In this document: positions 51,400 to 63,419 of the stretch, one piece after another
How the letters are laid out: each line of letters starts with the position of its first letter
Position numbering within the stretch: position 1 is the stretch's first letter
Assembly: GCA_963664305.2 (NCBI GenBank)
Contig: CAXXLV010000002.1
Location: 64,001-128,000, forward strand
Source of the DNA: an uncultured Aliarcobacter sp.
GTDB taxonomy: Bacteria; Campylobacterota; Campylobacteria; Campylobacterales; Arcobacteraceae
DNA: 64,000 nucleotides
Direction of reading: 5' to 3'
Position numbers and translations under genes: made by a program
The notes under the pieces: model-generated
The model's input: the letters and a program-made list of their open reading frames with translations, nothing else
Databases searched by the model: none
Told to the model about the DNA's origin: nothing

Positions 51400-52260
51400 A
51401 TGGAACAAATTAAAACAGTTTTTTTACTTACATTTTTAACCGTATTATTTGTGTTTATAGGTTATTCATTTGGTGGAACAAATGGAATGTTAATAGCATT
51501 TTTAATGGCAGGTGGTATGAACTTTTATGCTTATTATTATTCGGACCAACAAGTGTTAAAACATTATGATGCTACACCTTTAGATGATGTTAGACATCCA
51601 GTTTATAGAATTACACAAAAATTAACACAAAAAGCTGGTCTTCCTATGCCAAAAGTTTATTTAATACCTGACCATACTCCAAATGCATTTGCAACGGGAA
51701 GAAACCATGAACATGCAGCTGTAGCAGTTACTATGGGATTATATGAGATGTTAAATGAAGAAGAATTAGAAGGTGTAATTGCACATGAATTATCACATAT
51801 AAAACATTACGATATTTTAATTGGAACAATAGCAGCTGTATTTGCAGGAGCAATTGCGATGATTGCAAATATGATGCAATTTGGAGCAATGTTTAGTAAT
51901 AGTAATGATAGACAAAATTCAAATCCAATTATGATGATTGTAATGGCTATTTTACTTCCAATAGCTGCTTCAATTATACAAATGACAGTTAGTAGAAGTA
52001 GAGAGTTTATGGCTGATGAAGGAGCTGCACGAATGACTGGAAATCCAGGAGGACTTCAAAGTGCTTTAGCAAAACTTGAAAATTATGCAAGAAGTGGACA
52101 TCAAATACATAATGCAACTGAACAAACTGCTCATATGTTTATAATAAATCCATTTTCAGGATTAAAATCAAATATTGGAAATTTATTTAGAACTCACCCT
52201 ACAACTGAAGATAGAATAGCAAGGCTTGAAGAATTAAAATTTGAGTTAAAAAGAAGATAA
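51400..52260 (+). CDS. htpX: Zinc metalloprotease HtpX
   Basis: [26 protein letters not shown]. Confidence 0.93.
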   Translation: MEQIKTVFLLTFLTVLFVFIGYSFGGTNGMLIAFLMAGGMNFYAYYYSDQQVLKHYDATPLDDVRHPVYRITQKLTQKAGLPMPKVYLIPDHTPNAFATGRNHEHAAVAVTMGLYEMLNEEELEGVIAHELSHIKHYDILIGTIAAVFAGAIAMIANMMQFGAMFSNSNDRQNSNPIMMIVMAILLPIAASIIQMTVSRSREFMADEGAARMTGNPGGLQSALAKLENYARSGHQIHNATEQTAHMFIINPFSGLKSNIGNLFRTHPTTEDRIARLEELKFELKRR

Positions 52261-52262
52261 AT

Positions 52263-52295
52263 AAAAAAGCAACCCTTGACCAAAGAGTTGCTTTT
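52263..52295. terminator. Bidirectional intrinsic terminator
   Basis: aaaagcaac...gttgctttt between convergent genes. Confidence 0.65.
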
Positions 52296-52332
52296 ATTCT
52301 CGAATTATAATCAAAAAAAATTAAATCATTCT

Positions 52333-53091
52333 TTAATTAAGAAGTTCTGGACGATATTCAAAATGCATGGTGTCATAGTGATACCATCTACCTCCCCAAA
52401 TAAATCCATATTTCTCAAAGATTTCAACAATTTCAAGAGGTATTTTATTTTTATATGAAAGATTGTTTTTATCTTTATCCCAAAGCCAATAATGTGAATC
52501 TTTTACATTCAAATCAATTGCAATTCCAAAACTATGAACACTTAATCTATTTGTTTCACTAATTTTTCTCCAATTAAAAGCTCCACTTGGATTTTTGGCA
52601 AAAGATTTTATATTATTTGGAAGTTGCTCAATTTCATTTGATATAGATTCTAGTTTTTTATCTATATCATTTATTTTACTAACCCATAATGTTTTTTTTG
52701 AACTTTTTGGTAACCATATAATTTTTACTAGATTTTGTTTTACTTCTTTTTGATTTGAGCCATACATTTTTTTAAAAAATGGTTCATATCTAATTCTTCC
52801 TGCATCTTCATTTTTTGAAGCTATATAATTTTTATTTTCAGATAATTTTATATATGGAATATCTAGTTGATTTTTTAATGATGGATTGTTTAGTTTTTCT
52901 TTAAAATTTTTATTTTCAATTTTATCATCAAATAACATTTGTTCATTATCATTCCAGATTAAGTGATTATTTGAACTTTCTTTTATAAAATTAGGATAAG
53001 CTTGAACAAATTTATTAGCGTTATTTGCTAATAAATTTGAAGAAAGAATAATTAGAAAAGAGAATTTATTTATTATAGACTTTTTTAACAT
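52333..53091 (-). CDS. M15-family peptidoglycan peptidase
   Basis: [24 protein letters not shown]; likely start MLKKS with a signal peptide. Confidence 0.85.
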   Translation of the reverse strand: MLKKSIINKFSFLIILSSNLLANNANKFVQAYPNFIKESSNNHLIWNDNEQMLFDDKIENKNFKEKLNNPSLKNQLDIPYIKLSENKNYIASKNEDAGRIRYEPFFKKMYGSNQKEVKQNLVKIIWLPKSSKKTLWVSKINDIDKKLESISNEIEQLPNNIKSFAKNPSGAFNWRKISETNRLSVHSFGIAIDLNVKDSHYWLWDKDKNNLSYKNKIPLEIVEIFEKYGFIWGGRWYHYDTMHFEYRPELLN

Positions 53092-54142
53092 TTTCCATTT
53101 TTGATGACATATTAAGTAATACCATATCTGCAAGAACTAATGCCATCATAGATTCAGCAACAATACTTCCCCGTACAGCAACACAAGGGTCATGTCTTCC
53201 TTTTAGTTTACATTCTACTTCATTATCATGAATATCAATTGTTTCTTGTTCTATAAAAATTGAGGGAGTTGCTTTGAAATAGACTTTTACATTTATATCA
53301 TCGCCATTTGAAATACCACCAAGAATTCCACCACTGTGATTTGTTTTAAATCCAGATTTTCTTATTTGGTCATTATTGTCATAACCTTTTACTCTTGAAG
53401 AAAGTGCTCCATCTCCAATTTCAACAGCTTTTACTGCATTTATTCCCATCATTGCATTTGCAATTTGAGAATCAAGTTTAAAATAAAGTGGTTCACCAAG
53501 ACCAATTGGTGCATTTTTTACATTTATAAGAGCAACTCCACCAACGCTATTGTGTGAATTTTTAGCTTCTAAAATAGCATTTTTTTGAGCTTCTTCAACA
53601 CTTTTATCTAAAGCAAATATTTCAGAATTAGAAACATTTTCAAAATCAAAAGTTGAAGCTTGAATTCCATCTATTTCACAAATTCCACTTTTGATATCTA
53701 TATTTAACTCTTTTAAAAGAAGTTTTGCAATTGCACCAGCAGCAACTCTAGCAGCTGTTTCTCTAGCACTACTTCTTCCTCCCCCTCTATAATCTCTTGT
53801 TCCATATTTATTAAAATAAGTAAAATCTGCATGTCCTGGACGGAATAAATCTTTTACATTTGAATAATCACTACTTTTTTGATTTTCATTAAAAATTACC
53901 ATAGAAATAGGAGTTCCAGTAGTTATCCCTTCAAAAACTCCACTTAAAATTTCTACAACATCACCTTCTTTTCTAGCGGTTGCAAATTTATTTTGACCAG
54001 GTTTTCTTCTATCCATTTCACTTTGGATAAATTCTTCATCTATTTTAATCCCAGCAGGAACTCCATCAACTATACATCCAAGAGCTTTTCCATGAGATTC
54101 ACCAAAAGTTGTAAACCTAAATCTATGACCAAATGTATTCAT
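53066..54142 (-). CDS. aroC: Chorismate synthase
   Basis: GESHG, RPGHAD, RSSARET, GRHDPC. Confidence 0.97.
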   Translation of the reverse strand: MNTFGHRFRFTTFGESHGKALGCIVDGVPAGIKIDEEFIQSEMDRRKPGQNKFATARKEGDVVEILSGVFEGITTGTPISMVIFNENQKSSDYSNVKDLFRPGHADFTYFNKYGTRDYRGGGRSSARETAARVAAGAIAKLLLKELNIDIKSGICEIDGIQASTFDFENVSNSEIFALDKSVEEAQKNAILEAKNSHNSVGGVALINVKNAPIGLGEPLYFKLDSQIANAMMGINAVKAVEIGDGALSSRVKGYDNNDQIRKSGFKTNHSGGILGGISNGDDINVKVYFKATPSIFIEQETIDIHDNEVECKLKGRHDPCVAVRGSIVAESMMALVLADMVLLNMSSKMENVKKVYNK

Positions 54143-54147
54143 ATTGG

Positions 54148-54822
54148 TTATTCTCCTTTTAGTTTTTCAATAGCGATTTTAGCTGCTGCTTGTTGAGCTA
54201 GTTTTTTACTTTTCCCACTAGCATAACCATAATTTGTTCCATCAATCCAAATTGATACTTCAAACTCTTTTTTGTGGTCTGGTCCATAAGAACCTTCGAT
54301 TTTATATTCTGGAATTGAAGCAAATTTAGCTTGAGTTATTTCTTGAAGAGCTGTTTTATAATCACTAAATAATACATCAAGATTAATTTTGTCATAAGAT
54401 TTTTCTAATAATCTTAAAATAATAGGTTTTAAAGTATTTAATCCTGATTCTAAATAAATTGCACCCATAATAGCTTCAAAGGCATCTGATAAAATAGAAG
54501 CTTTTGTTCTTCCTTTATTTCTCTCTTCAGCTGTTGAAATGAAAATATAATCACCTAATCTTATTTCATTTGCAAGTCTAGTAAATCCAGTTTCATTTAC
54601 TAAACTAGCTCTTATTTTAGATAGTTCACCTTCATTTGATTTTGGGAATTTTAAATATAAATATTCTCCAACAATTAAATTTAAAACTGCATCGCCTAAA
54701 AACTCTAAACGTTCATTATTGTAAGGTTTTTTGTAACTTTTATGGGTAAGTGCTTCGATTATCAGATTTTTATTTTTAAACTGATAATCCAAACACTTTT
54801 CCAATTTCGAATAATCACTCAT
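54148..54822 (-). CDS. rnc: Ribonuclease III
   Basis: [12 protein letters not shown], dsRNA-binding domain. Confidence 0.97.
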   Translation of the reverse strand: MSDYSKLEKCLDYQFKNKNLIIEALTHKSYKKPYNNERLEFLGDAVLNLIVGEYLYLKFPKSNEGELSKIRASLVNETGFTRLANEIRLGDYIFISTAEERNKGRTKASILSDAFEAIMGAIYLESGLNTLKPIILRLLEKSYDKINLDVLFSDYKTALQEITQAKFASIPEYKIEGSYGPDHKKEFEVSIWIDGTNYGYASGKSKKLAQQAAAKIAIEKLKGE

Positions 54823-54906
54823 TTGTGTCCTTTATTAAAATTTATGGAAGTATAGCACATCTTTTATTATGTTATATCTAGTTATTTTTTTATTTTAAAT
54901 CTTTTT

Positions 54907-55956
54907 TTATTGTAAAGATTGATAAGGTTCATAAAAAGATTTTGTTAAATGATGTTTTACATTAAAAGTTAGTATATTATGACAATGTGGACATCTTGTA
55001 TCAAACACAGGATGAGAGTGTTTACATGAACTACAAATAAATTCAAAATCTAATGTTGCATTAATTTTATGCTCATGTCTATTTATAAGCATCAAAATAT
55101 CTAAATCAAAATTATGACTATGTTCTAAGTTTTTTAAATAACCTTTTGCATTATAAACTTCTGATAAAAAAGAGTTATCAAGAACTTTATTAAAATCAAT
55201 ATCATCAAAATTTAAATACCAAACTATATCAATGAATTTTGAACAATCAAACTCTTTTATATGTTCCCAAAAAAATGGTTTATTAAATTGAATTAAAAAA
55301 CCTACAAAAATTCTTTCTATTATTTTATGTTCTTTAAAAATTTCATATAAAAGTTCAGTTCTTCTTTCAAATGATAAAATTGAATCATTTAAAATAATTA
55401 ATGAATCTAAATATATTTTATCAATTTTCATATCTAAATCTAATTCTTCTAAGCAAGAAGCAATCTCTTTTGCTTTTTTGAAGTCTTTTAGTTTTTCACT
55501 TACAAGTAATAGATATTTTAGTGCATTTTTATTGTGTGGAGAAAATTTTAGGATTCTTAAAAAAATCTCTTTTGATCTTTGTAAAAAACCACCTTTAAAA
55601 TAAGTAGTTCCTAAAAGTTCTAATAATTCTTCTTTTTTTACTCTATCATTTACATGTTCTAGTAGAGTTAAATATACGGAAATAGCTTTATTATAATCAC
55701 CTTTATGTAAAAAAGATGACGCTAAAAGTAAAATTGAATCAAAAGGAAGATTATAAGTTTTATAAAGATGAACATAATCTTCTTCTTTTAATTTTCCTAG
55801 TTCAAATCTTAAAGAGAGTTTTCTATAATCTTTTCTTGCATTTCTTTCTTTATAGATACCGTAAGAATATGTTATAAATGATATTATAAAAATTAGAGCA
55901 ACAATAATTATTATTCCAAGTAAAGGGTCCCTATACTCTAAAACTATATTATCCAC
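54907..55956 (-). CDS. TPR protein with C-terminal rubredoxin-like motif (LapB-like)
   Basis: N-terminal TM segment, TPR-like helices, CSSC...CPHC; likely GTG start at 55956. Confidence 0.75.
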   Translation of the reverse strand: MDNIVLEYRDPLLGIIIIVALIFIISFITYSYGIYKERNARKDYRKLSLRFELGKLKEEDYVHLYKTYNLPFDSILLLASSFLHKGDYNKAISVYLTLLEHVNDRVKKEELLELLGTTYFKGGFLQRSKEIFLRILKFSPHNKNALKYLLLVSEKLKDFKKAKEIASCLEELDLDMKIDKIYLDSLIILNDSILSFERRTELLYEIFKEHKIIERIFVGFLIQFNKPFFWEHIKEFDCSKFIDIVWYLNFDDIDFNKVLDNSFLSEVYNAKGYLKNLEHSHNFDLDILMLINRHEHKINATLDFEFICSSCKHSHPVFDTRCPHCHNILTFNVKHHLTKSFYEPYQSLQ

Positions 55957-56043
55957 AAATAAAACCTTTAGTAATTGTTTTAAAAAGTAGTGCATGTTAG
56001 CATAAAAGTTCATATAAACGAATAAAAGTGTATAATCCTTTTT

Positions 56044-57678
56044 ATGATAAAAAAAGAGTCAATAGAAAATTTAAAAAACCATCTTGATGTTGTAGATGTA
56101 ATTTCTCAATTTATAGAGTTAAAAAAATCTGGAGCAAATTTTAAGGCATGTTGTCCTTTTCATGGAGAAAGTACTCCATCTTTTGTAGTTAGCCCAGCAA
56201 AACAAATATATCATTGTTTTGGATGTGGGGCAGGTGGTGACTCTATAAAATTTGTAATGGAATATGAAAAAACAACATATCCTGAAACAATAGAAAAATT
56301 AGCTTCAATGTACAATTTTTCATTGGATTATGAAAATACAACTGAAAAAAAACAAGATATAAGAATTTTAGAAGAAGTAAATAAATTCTATCAAAAACTT
56401 TTTGTAAGTAATTCTGTAGTAAAAGAGTATATAAAAGATAGAGGAATTTCAGATTTTTCTATTGAAAAGTTTGAAATAGGATATGCTCCTGTTTCTCTTG
56501 ATACAATAAATTTTTTAAAATCAAACCATTTTAATTTAACAGAAGCTATAGAATTAGGTGTTATTGATACAGGAACAAATGGACTTTATTCAAGATTTAT
56601 AGAAAGAATTACTTTTCCTATTTATTCAATAAATGGAAAACTTGTAGGTTTTGGTGGAAGAACAATAACTGGACACAATGCAAAATATGTAAATTCGCCA
56701 CAAACTAAATTTTTCAATAAATCAAGACTTTTATACGGTTATCATTTAGCAAAAGAAAAAATTTATAAAAATAAACAAATAATTGTTTGTGAAGGTTATT
56801 TAGATGTAATAATGCTTCATCAAGCAGGATTTAACTCAGCAGTTGCAACACTTGGAACTGCACTTACAACAGAACACTTACCATTATTAAGACGGGGAGA
56901 ACCAAAAGTAATACTTGCCTATGATGGAGATAAAGCTGGACTTGCAGCAGCTTTTAAAGCATCTGTGATGTTAAGTCAAAGTGAATTTGAAGGTGGAGTT
57001 GTAATTTTTAGTGATGGTCAAGACCCAGCTGATATGGTAAAAGGGAAAAAGATTGAAGAATTAAATAAAATCTTTTCAAATCCTATACCATTTATTCCTT
57101 ATGCAATTGATTATATTGTCTCAAAATATGATATAAATGAACCTAGTCAAAAACAAAAAGCGCTTAATGAAGCAAATGATTATTTAAAAAGTTTAAGTTT
57201 ATTAAATCAAGATGAATATAAAAGATATTTAGCTCAAAAATTGAATGTTAGAGAAAATTTGGTAAAAATTAGTTCAGATAAACAAAGAATTAATGAAGTA
57301 AATTTATCAAAAATAGATATTGCCGAACTTTGTATAATAAAATCAATACTTGAAAAACCAAAAAGATTAGATTCAGTTTTAGATATAGTTGATATTTCAA
57401 TGTTTGAATTTCATAAAAATGAATTTGAATTAGTTTTAACAGATATAGAAAATCCATCTTTAAATTCGATTATTTTAAATGAAAAACTTGAAAATTATGA
57501 TGATGAAAGATTAAATCAAGAACTTTTAACTTTAGTTTACAAATTTTATACAAATAAACTAACTGCAATATCTTATGATAAGAGTTTAGATTTTAAACAA
57601 AAAGCAAATCTAATTAGAAAAATCAAGGATAATATTTATCAATTAAAACAAGGAAAACTTGTAAGTTATAATCTATAA
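56044..57678 (+). CDS. dnaG: DNA primase
   Basis: CPFH...HCFGC, KYVNSP, EGYLD, YDGDKAG. Confidence 0.97.
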   Translation: MIKKESIENLKNHLDVVDVISQFIELKKSGANFKACCPFHGESTPSFVVSPAKQIYHCFGCGAGGDSIKFVMEYEKTTYPETIEKLASMYNFSLDYENTTEKKQDIRILEEVNKFYQKLFVSNSVVKEYIKDRGISDFSIEKFEIGYAPVSLDTINFLKSNHFNLTEAIELGVIDTGTNGLYSRFIERITFPIYSINGKLVGFGGRTITGHNAKYVNSPQTKFFNKSRLLYGYHLAKEKIYKNKQIIVCEGYLDVIMLHQAGFNSAVATLGTALTTEHLPLLRRGEPKVILAYDGDKAGLAAAFKASVMLSQSEFEGGVVIFSDGQDPADMVKGKKIEELNKIFSNPIPFIPYAIDYIVSKYDINEPSQKQKALNEANDYLKSLSLLNQDEYKRYLAQKLNVRENLVKISSDKQRINEVNLSKIDIAELCIIKSILEKPKRLDSVLDIVDISMFEFHKNEFELVLTDIENPSLNSIILNEKLENYDDERLNQELLTLVYKFYTNKLTAISYDKSLDFKQKANLIRKIKDNIYQLKQGKLVSYNL

Positions 57679-57761
57679 AAATTAATTTCTAAAATTTATT
57701 TTATTAGTAGTTTATTTTTTGTAGAATTCCAAAAAAGTTATTTAAACTTAAGGAAAATCCA

Positions 57762-58145
57762 ATGAAATTTATTGAAAGTGATAATTTACCTTTAGCAATA
57801 GGTCCTTATTCTCCTGCTGTAAAAGTAAATGGTATGATTTATACATCTGCACAAGTTCCAGTAACTTTAGATGGTACGATGATAGAAAGAGATATAAAAA
57901 TACAAACTAGACAAGTATTGTCAAATCTTAGAACACTTTTAGAAGATGCTGATAGTGGACTAGAAAAAGTTGTTAAAGTATCAGTTTATTTAGAAAATAT
58001 TGAAGATTTTGGTGTAGTTAATGTTTTATTTGCAGAAGCGTTTGGGGATCATAAACCTGCTCGTACAACAATTTCTGTAAAAGGATTACCAAAAAATGCA
58101 CTAATAATGGTTGATGCAATAGCATTAGCAAATGATTATCATTAA
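57762..58145 (+). CDS. RidA family enamine deaminase
   Basis: AIGPYSPA, KPART, LPKNAL. Confidence 0.88.
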   Translation: MKFIESDNLPLAIGPYSPAVKVNGMIYTSAQVPVTLDGTMIERDIKIQTRQVLSNLRTLLEDADSGLEKVVKVSVYLENIEDFGVVNVLFAEAFGDHKPARTTISVKGLPKNALIMVDAIALANDYH

Positions 58146-58261
58146 AATAATAGACTTAAAGAAAGTTTAAACTAAATTAAGATACTATTCCGGTTCGAAA
58201 AATAGAGTTAGTATGAAAAAGTATCGACTTATGCATATAGAATTGAATTAGAGGAAAAAAG

Positions 58262-58579
58262 ATGTACGCAATTATCAAGTGTGGTGGAAAACAGTATAAA
58301 GTTTCTGAGGGAGATATCTTAGACGTAGATTATACTGGTAAAGCTGCTAAAGAAACTTTAGAAATTACTGATGTTTTAGCTGTAAACAACGGTGAGTTAA
58401 AAACTGGTGATGCAGTTGCAAACGCAAAAGTTGAAGCAGTTGTAGTATTAGATGGTACTGGTGTAAATAGAGCTAGAAAAGTAATCATTTACAAAAAAAG
58501 AAGAAGAAAAGATTCTAAGTTAAAAAGAGGTTTTAGAAAAAGCTTCACAAAAATTAGAATTACAAAAATCGCTGCATAA
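58262..58579 (+). CDS. rplU: 50S ribosomal protein L21
   Basis: MYAIIKCGGKQYKV. Confidence 0.97.
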   Translation: MYAIIKCGGKQYKVSEGDILDVDYTGKAAKETLEITDVLAVNNGELKTGDAVANAKVEAVVVLDGTGVNRARKVIIYKKRRRKDSKLKRGFRKSFTKIRITKIAA

Positions 58580-58606
58580 GCATAACAAAAGTTAAGGAGA
58601 ACAATT

Positions 58607-58864
58607 ATGGCTCACAAAAAAGGTCAGGGAAGTACACAGAATAATAGAGACTCAGCTGGTAGAAGACTTGGTGTTAAAAAGTTTGGTGGTGAAGTTGTAA
58701 GAGCTGGAAATATTATCATTAGACAAAGAGGTACAAAAGTACATTTAGGTCAAAATGTTGGTATGGGTAAAGATCATACAATTTATTCTTTAATTGACGG
58801 TGTTGTTAAATTTGAAATTAAAGATAAAAAAAGAAAAAAAGTTTCAGTTTACGCAGCATCGTAA
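58607..58864 (+). CDS. rpmA: 50S ribosomal protein L27
   Basis: [16 protein letters not shown]. Confidence 0.97.
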   Translation: MAHKKGQGSTQNNRDSAGRRLGVKKFGGEVVRAGNIIIRQRGTKVHLGQNVGMGKDHTIYSLIDGVVKFEIKDKKRKKVSVYAAS

Positions 58865-58887
58865 TTCTGAATACAATTAGTTTCTTT

Positions 58888-58922
58888 AAAGGGTGTATGG
58901 CTTTTGCCTACACCCTTTTTTT
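58888..58922 (+). terminator. Intrinsic terminator after rpmA
   Basis: aaagggtgta(t)ggc-tttt-gcctacaccc followed by a T run. Confidence 0.85.
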
Positions 58923-59011
58923 ATTTAAAAATTAACATAACTAATTAAAAGTTAACAGTGAAATAAGATTTTACTTTTAGTTTTTAATTATTTATTAAAA
59001 GGAAAGTTATT

Positions 59012-60103
59012 ATGTTTATAGATAGCGCTAGATTTTCAGTTACATCTGGAAAGGGTGGACAGGGATGTGCAGCTTTTAGACGAGAAAAATTTGTTGTTAA
59101 AGGTGGACCTGATGGTGGAGATGGAGGAAGAGGTGGAGATGTTTATTTTCTAGTAGACAATAACACTGATACTTTATCAAATTATAAAGGAAGAAAATTC
59201 TTTAAAGCTGAAAATGGAAAACAAGGTTTAGGTGGAAGTATGACTGGAAAGTCAGGTGAAGCACTTGTTTTAATTGTACCTCCAGGAACTCAAGTAATTG
59301 ATGATGAAACAAATGAAGTTATTTTTGATTTATTAGAAGTTGGAAAAAAAGTTTTATTTTTAGAAGGTGGAAAAGGTGGATTAGGAAATGTTCACTTTAA
59401 AAATTCAAGAAATCAAAGACCTACTTATTTTCAACCAGGACTTCCAGGAACAACTAGAAAAATTAGATTAGAATTAAAACTTATTGCTGATGTTGGACTT
59501 GTTGGTTATCCAAATGTTGGAAAATCAACTCTTATTTCTGTAACTTCAAATGCAACTCCTGAAATTGCAAATTATGAATTTACTACTTTAACTCCAAAAC
59601 TTGGTGTTGTTGAAGTTGGTGATTATAACTCTTTTGTAATGGCTGATATTCCAGGAATTATTGATGGAGCTAGTGAAGGAAGAGGTTTAGGTTTAGAATT
59701 TTTAAAACATATTGAAAGAACTAAAACATTACTTTTTGTAATTGATGTTGCAAATTATAGAACAATGATTGACCAATATAAAGTTTTAAAAGAAGAGGTT
59801 GCAAAATTTTCAAATGAATTATCAAAAAGAAATTTTGCGATAGTTTTAAGTAAAATAGATGGATATTTTGGTGAAGATTTAGAATCAGATATCAAAAACT
59901 TTATAAAAGAGATTGGATTAGAAATAAGTAATTCAAATGAGTTTAAATTTGAAAGTGATTATCCATATTTTATTCAAGATTTAATTTATTCAAGATTTGA
60001 CAATAGTAAGCCATATTTTGTTTTACCTATTTCTTCTTTAACAAAATTAAATGTTAAACAATTAGGATTTGCTTTATATAATTTATTGGAACAAGATAAA
60101 TGA
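59012..60103 (+). CDS. obgE: GTPase ObgE
   Basis: [30 protein letters not shown]. Confidence 0.96.
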   Translation: MFIDSARFSVTSGKGGQGCAAFRREKFVVKGGPDGGDGGRGGDVYFLVDNNTDTLSNYKGRKFFKAENGKQGLGGSMTGKSGEALVLIVPPGTQVIDDETNEVIFDLLEVGKKVLFLEGGKGGLGNVHFKNSRNQRPTYFQPGLPGTTRKIRLELKLIADVGLVGYPNVGKSTLISVTSNATPEIANYEFTTLTPKLGVVEVGDYNSFVMADIPGIIDGASEGRGLGLEFLKHIERTKTLLFVIDVANYRTMIDQYKVLKEEVAKFSNELSKRNFAIVLSKIDGYFGEDLESDIKNFIKEIGLEISNSNEFKFESDYPYFIQDLIYSRFDNSKPYFVLPISSLTKLNVKQLGFALYNLLEQDK

Positions 60104-60870
60104 AAAGATTAGTAATAAAAGTTGGTACTGCTGTTTTAACTCAAGATGGTCAATTAGCTCTTGAGAGAATGGACAATTTAGTAAATTTAATTGCAAAATT
60201 AAAAAATGAAAAAAATCTTGAAGTTATTTTAGTATCTTCTGGTGCTGTTGGTGCTGGATATACTTCTTTAAAACTTGATAAAAAAATAGTTGCTAATAAA
60301 CAAGCATTAGCTGCAATTGGACAACCGTTATTACTTAAAAATTATAAAAAAAGATTTAAAGCTCATGATATAACTTGTGCACAAATGCTTTTTATTGCAG
60401 ATGATTTTGATTCAAGAAAAAGATCAAAAAATGCACAAAATGTAATGGAAATTTTACTTGAAAATAATATTCTTCCAATTATAAATGAAAATGATGTAAT
60501 TGCTACTGATGAGTTGGTTTTTGGAGATAATGACCAATTAGCTGCTCATGTAGCTTATTATTTTAAAGCAGATATGTTAGCAATTTTATCAGATATCGAT
60601 GGATATTATAATAAAAATCCAAGAGAATTTTCTGATGCTGTTTTACAAAAAAATGTTTATGAAATAAAAGATGAAGAGTTAGAAATGAAGCATAGTGCAA
60701 ATTCAGAATTTGCAACAGGTGGAATTGTAACAAAACTTAAAGCTGCAAATTTTTTAATGCAAAGAGGAATTCCAATGTATCTTACATCTGGATTTGATTT
60801 AAAAAATGCTTATGATTTTTTAGTTGATGGAAATCATAATAGCGGAACAATTTTCCAAACAAAAAAATAA
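60100..60870 (+). CDS. proB: Glutamate 5-kinase (no PUA domain)
   Basis: VIKVGT, VSSGAV, INEND, GDNDQL, TGGIVTK. Confidence 0.95.
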   Translation: MKRLVIKVGTAVLTQDGQLALERMDNLVNLIAKLKNEKNLEVILVSSGAVGAGYTSLKLDKKIVANKQALAAIGQPLLLKNYKKRFKAHDITCAQMLFIADDFDSRKRSKNAQNVMEILLENNILPIINENDVIATDELVFGDNDQLAAHVAYYFKADMLAILSDIDGYYNKNPREFSDAVLQKNVYEIKDEELEMKHSANSEFATGGIVTKLKAANFLMQRGIPMYLTSGFDLKNAYDFLVDGNHNSGTIFQTKK

Positions 60871-60883
60871 AAAAGGATAGTTT

Positions 60884-61804
60884 TTGAGTAAAAGAATTCT
60901 ATTTATGGGAACACCAGATTATGCTACAACAATATTTAAAGAGTTAATAAATAGCAAATATGAAGTGATAGGATTATTTACTCAACCTGATAAACCAGTT
61001 GGGCGAAAACAAGTTTTAACTCCACCTCATATAAAACAATATTGTTTAGATGAAAATCTAAATCTTCCAATTTTTCAACCTTTAAAATTAAGAGGAAATG
61101 AAGAAGCTAAAAAACAGATAGAAGATTTAAAACCTGATTTTATTATTGTTGCTGCTTATGGACAAATTTTACCAAAAGAGATTTTAGATATTGCTCCATG
61201 TATTAATCTTCATGCGTCTTTATTACCAAAATATAGAGGAGCTAGTCCTATTCAAGAATCACTTTTAAATGATGATTATTTTACTGGTGTTACTTCAATG
61301 CTTATGGAAGAAGGACTTGATAGTGGGGATATTTTAGGGTTACAATATTTAAAAATTACTTCAAATATGGAAGTAGCCGAAGCTTTTGAAAAATTATCAA
61401 TTATTGCAGCAAATTTAACAATAACAACTTTGGATAATTTTGAAAATATTAAACCTATAAAACAAAATGAGTCAGAAGTTAGCTTTTGTAAAAAAATAAA
61501 AAAAGATGATGGATTAGTAAATTTCTTAGATGCAAAAAAATTGTATTTAAAATATAAAGCATACTCCTATTGGCCAGGAGTTTTTTTAGAAACAGAGCTG
61601 AAATTAAAAGATATTGAATTAGTTGAAGAAAACTCAATAAATAAAGAGGGAGAAATTCTAGAAATCTCTAAAGAGTTTATAGTTGTTGGATGTAAAAACG
61701 GAAGTTTAAAAATAAAAACTTTACAAGCACCTTCAAAGAAAGCTATTAGTTCTGTAGATTATATTAGAGGTCAAAGATTTGAAGTAGGAGATATCCTAAT
61801 ATAA
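60884..61804 (+). CDS. fmt: Methionyl-tRNA formyltransferase
   Basis: FMGTPDY, QPDKPVGR, INLHASLLPKYRGASP. Confidence 0.96.
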   Translation: MSKRILFMGTPDYATTIFKELINSKYEVIGLFTQPDKPVGRKQVLTPPHIKQYCLDENLNLPIFQPLKLRGNEEAKKQIEDLKPDFIIVAAYGQILPKEILDIAPCINLHASLLPKYRGASPIQESLLNDDYFTGVTSMLMEEGLDSGDILGLQYLKITSNMEVAEAFEKLSIIAANLTITTLDNFENIKPIKQNESEVSFCKKIKKDDGLVNFLDAKKLYLKYKAYSYWPGVFLETELKLKDIELVEENSINKEGEILEISKEFIVVGCKNGSLKIKTLQAPSKKAISSVDYIRGQRFEVGDILI

Positions 61805-61818
61805 ATTTAGCGTAAAAG

Positions 61819-62712
61819 TTACGCTAAATATGTTGTATACATTGTTATTGTAAATAGACTCAATAAAACACCTAATACAAGAGAATTTATTGCAATTTTT
61901 TCATCTAATCCACCCTTAATAGCTAAAACTGTAGCCATTGTCATTGGAGGCATTGCAACTTCAATAATTGTTACTTTTACCCAAGTTTGATCTATTCCAT
62001 AGAAGTATTTAAATCCAATTAATATTATTATTGGAACAACAATCATTTTTAGAATCATTGCAACAGAAACTATATGTAATCTAGCAAAAATATTTTTTAA
62101 TTCTAACTTCATACCAATAGCAATCATAGCAAGTGGTACTAATGTTGAACCAAGTGTTTGAGTAGTTAATAATAAAAAGTTTGGTATTTCAAAATTTTTA
62201 GCAATTAATGTAACAAAAAACATAATTTGTGGTGGAAATAAGAAAATAGATTTTGAAATAGATTTCACACTATTTTTTTTACCATTTCCCCAAGTAATTA
62301 TAAACATACCAACTGAAACTAAAAGTAAAAATGAACCAAAAATATCATAAATCAAACCATATACAATATAATCTTGTCCATAAAATGCATCTATATATGA
62401 AAATCCTATAAATGAGGTATTTCCAAAAGTTGCCATAATCATAAATGTAGCAAAATATGTTCTATTTAATCTCATTAATTTACCTACAAGATATGCTAAT
62501 GTAAGGTTAAATAAAATGAAACATATAAACATTAAAATTAATCCAATAATTCTTTGGTCAATAATTAAAGGATAAATTTTTGAAAAAACAATAGATGGAA
62601 GTGAAAAGTAAATGATAAATTCAATTAACTGTTTTGAATTATCATGAAAAAATACTTTAAACATATATCCTAATGCTAAATATATAGCAATAGGTAAAAC
62701 TGGATCTAACAT
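61819..62712 (-). CDS. AEC (auxin efflux carrier) family transporter
   Basis: FGNTSFIG, PLAMIAIG, AMPP; about 10 TM segments. Confidence 0.85.
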   Translation of the reverse strand: MLDPVLPIAIYLALGYMFKVFFHDNSKQLIEFIIYFSLPSIVFSKIYPLIIDQRIIGLILMFICFILFNLTLAYLVGKLMRLNRTYFATFMIMATFGNTSFIGFSYIDAFYGQDYIVYGLIYDIFGSFLLLVSVGMFIITWGNGKKNSVKSISKSIFLFPPQIMFFVTLIAKNFEIPNFLLLTTQTLGSTLVPLAMIAIGMKLELKNIFARLHIVSVAMILKMIVVPIIILIGFKYFYGIDQTWVKVTIIEVAMPPMTMATVLAIKGGLDEKIAINSLVLGVLLSLFTITMYTTYLA

Positions 62713-62783
62713 AACAACTAATACCTTTTTTCGAAAGATTATAATTAATAAAATCTTCTATTTTAATTATGTATAATCGAAAA

Positions 62784-63419
62784 ATGAAAATTATAAGATT
62801 AAATGAAGTTAACTCAACTCACACATATTTAAAAGAGTACATAAAAACTAATGGTTATATTGAACCATTGTGTATTGTAACAGATTATCAAACAGATGGA
62901 ATTGGAAGTAGAGGTAATTCATGGAGTGGGAAAAAAGGTAACCTTTTTTTTTCTTTTGTTTTTTCAATAAACGAATTACCAGAAGATTTACCTTTACAAA
63001 CAATTTCAATTTATGTTTCATATATATTAAAATCAATTTTAAGAGATTTGGGTTCTAATATATGGATTAAATGGCCTAATGATTTTTATATAAATAATAA
63101 AAAAATTGGTGGAACAATTACTAATATGTCTAAAGATTTAGTTTATTGTGGAATAGGTTTAAATTTAGTAGAAGTAGAAGAAGAATTTGGAAAACTCGAT
63201 ATAAATGTTGATGTTGATAAATTGTTACAAAATTATTTTTTTAAGTTAGAAAAAAAGATTTCATGGAAGCAAATTTTTAGTGATTTTAAGATAGAATTTC
63301 AACTTAGCAAAAAGTTCCAAACGACCATAGATAATCAAAAAGTTTCTTTAGAAAATGCGATATTAAATGAAGATGGTTCAATACAAGTAAACGATAAAAA
63401 GGTATTTAGTTTAAGATGA
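62784..63419 (+). CDS. birA: Biotin-protein ligase
   Basis: VNSTH, QTDGIGSRG, IKWPND, KKIGG. Confidence 0.9.
   Translation: MKIIRLNEVNSTHTYLKEYIKTNGYIEPLCIVTDYQTDGIGSRGNSWSGKKGNLFFSFVFSINELPEDLPLQTISIYVSYILKSILRDLGSNIWIKWPNDFYINNKKIGGTITNMSKDLVYCGIGLNLVEVEEEFGKLDINVDVDKLLQNYFFKLEKKISWKQIFSDFKIEFQLSKKFQTTIDNQKVSLENAILNEDGSIQVNDKKVFSLR

Noticed and set aside
58150..58261. Possible tRNA or leader RNA upstream of rplU (ggttcgaa)
   Set aside because: No cloverleaf or convincing stem; no tRNA or rRNA was recognised anywhere in the window.
1544..63036. Short ORFs overlapping core or recombinase genes (1544, 6757, 7333, 9895, 10936, 31701, 34625, 37490, 46702, 48897, 51077, 52276, 53993, 62848)
   Set aside because: They overlap well-supported genes on the opposite strand and have no motifs.
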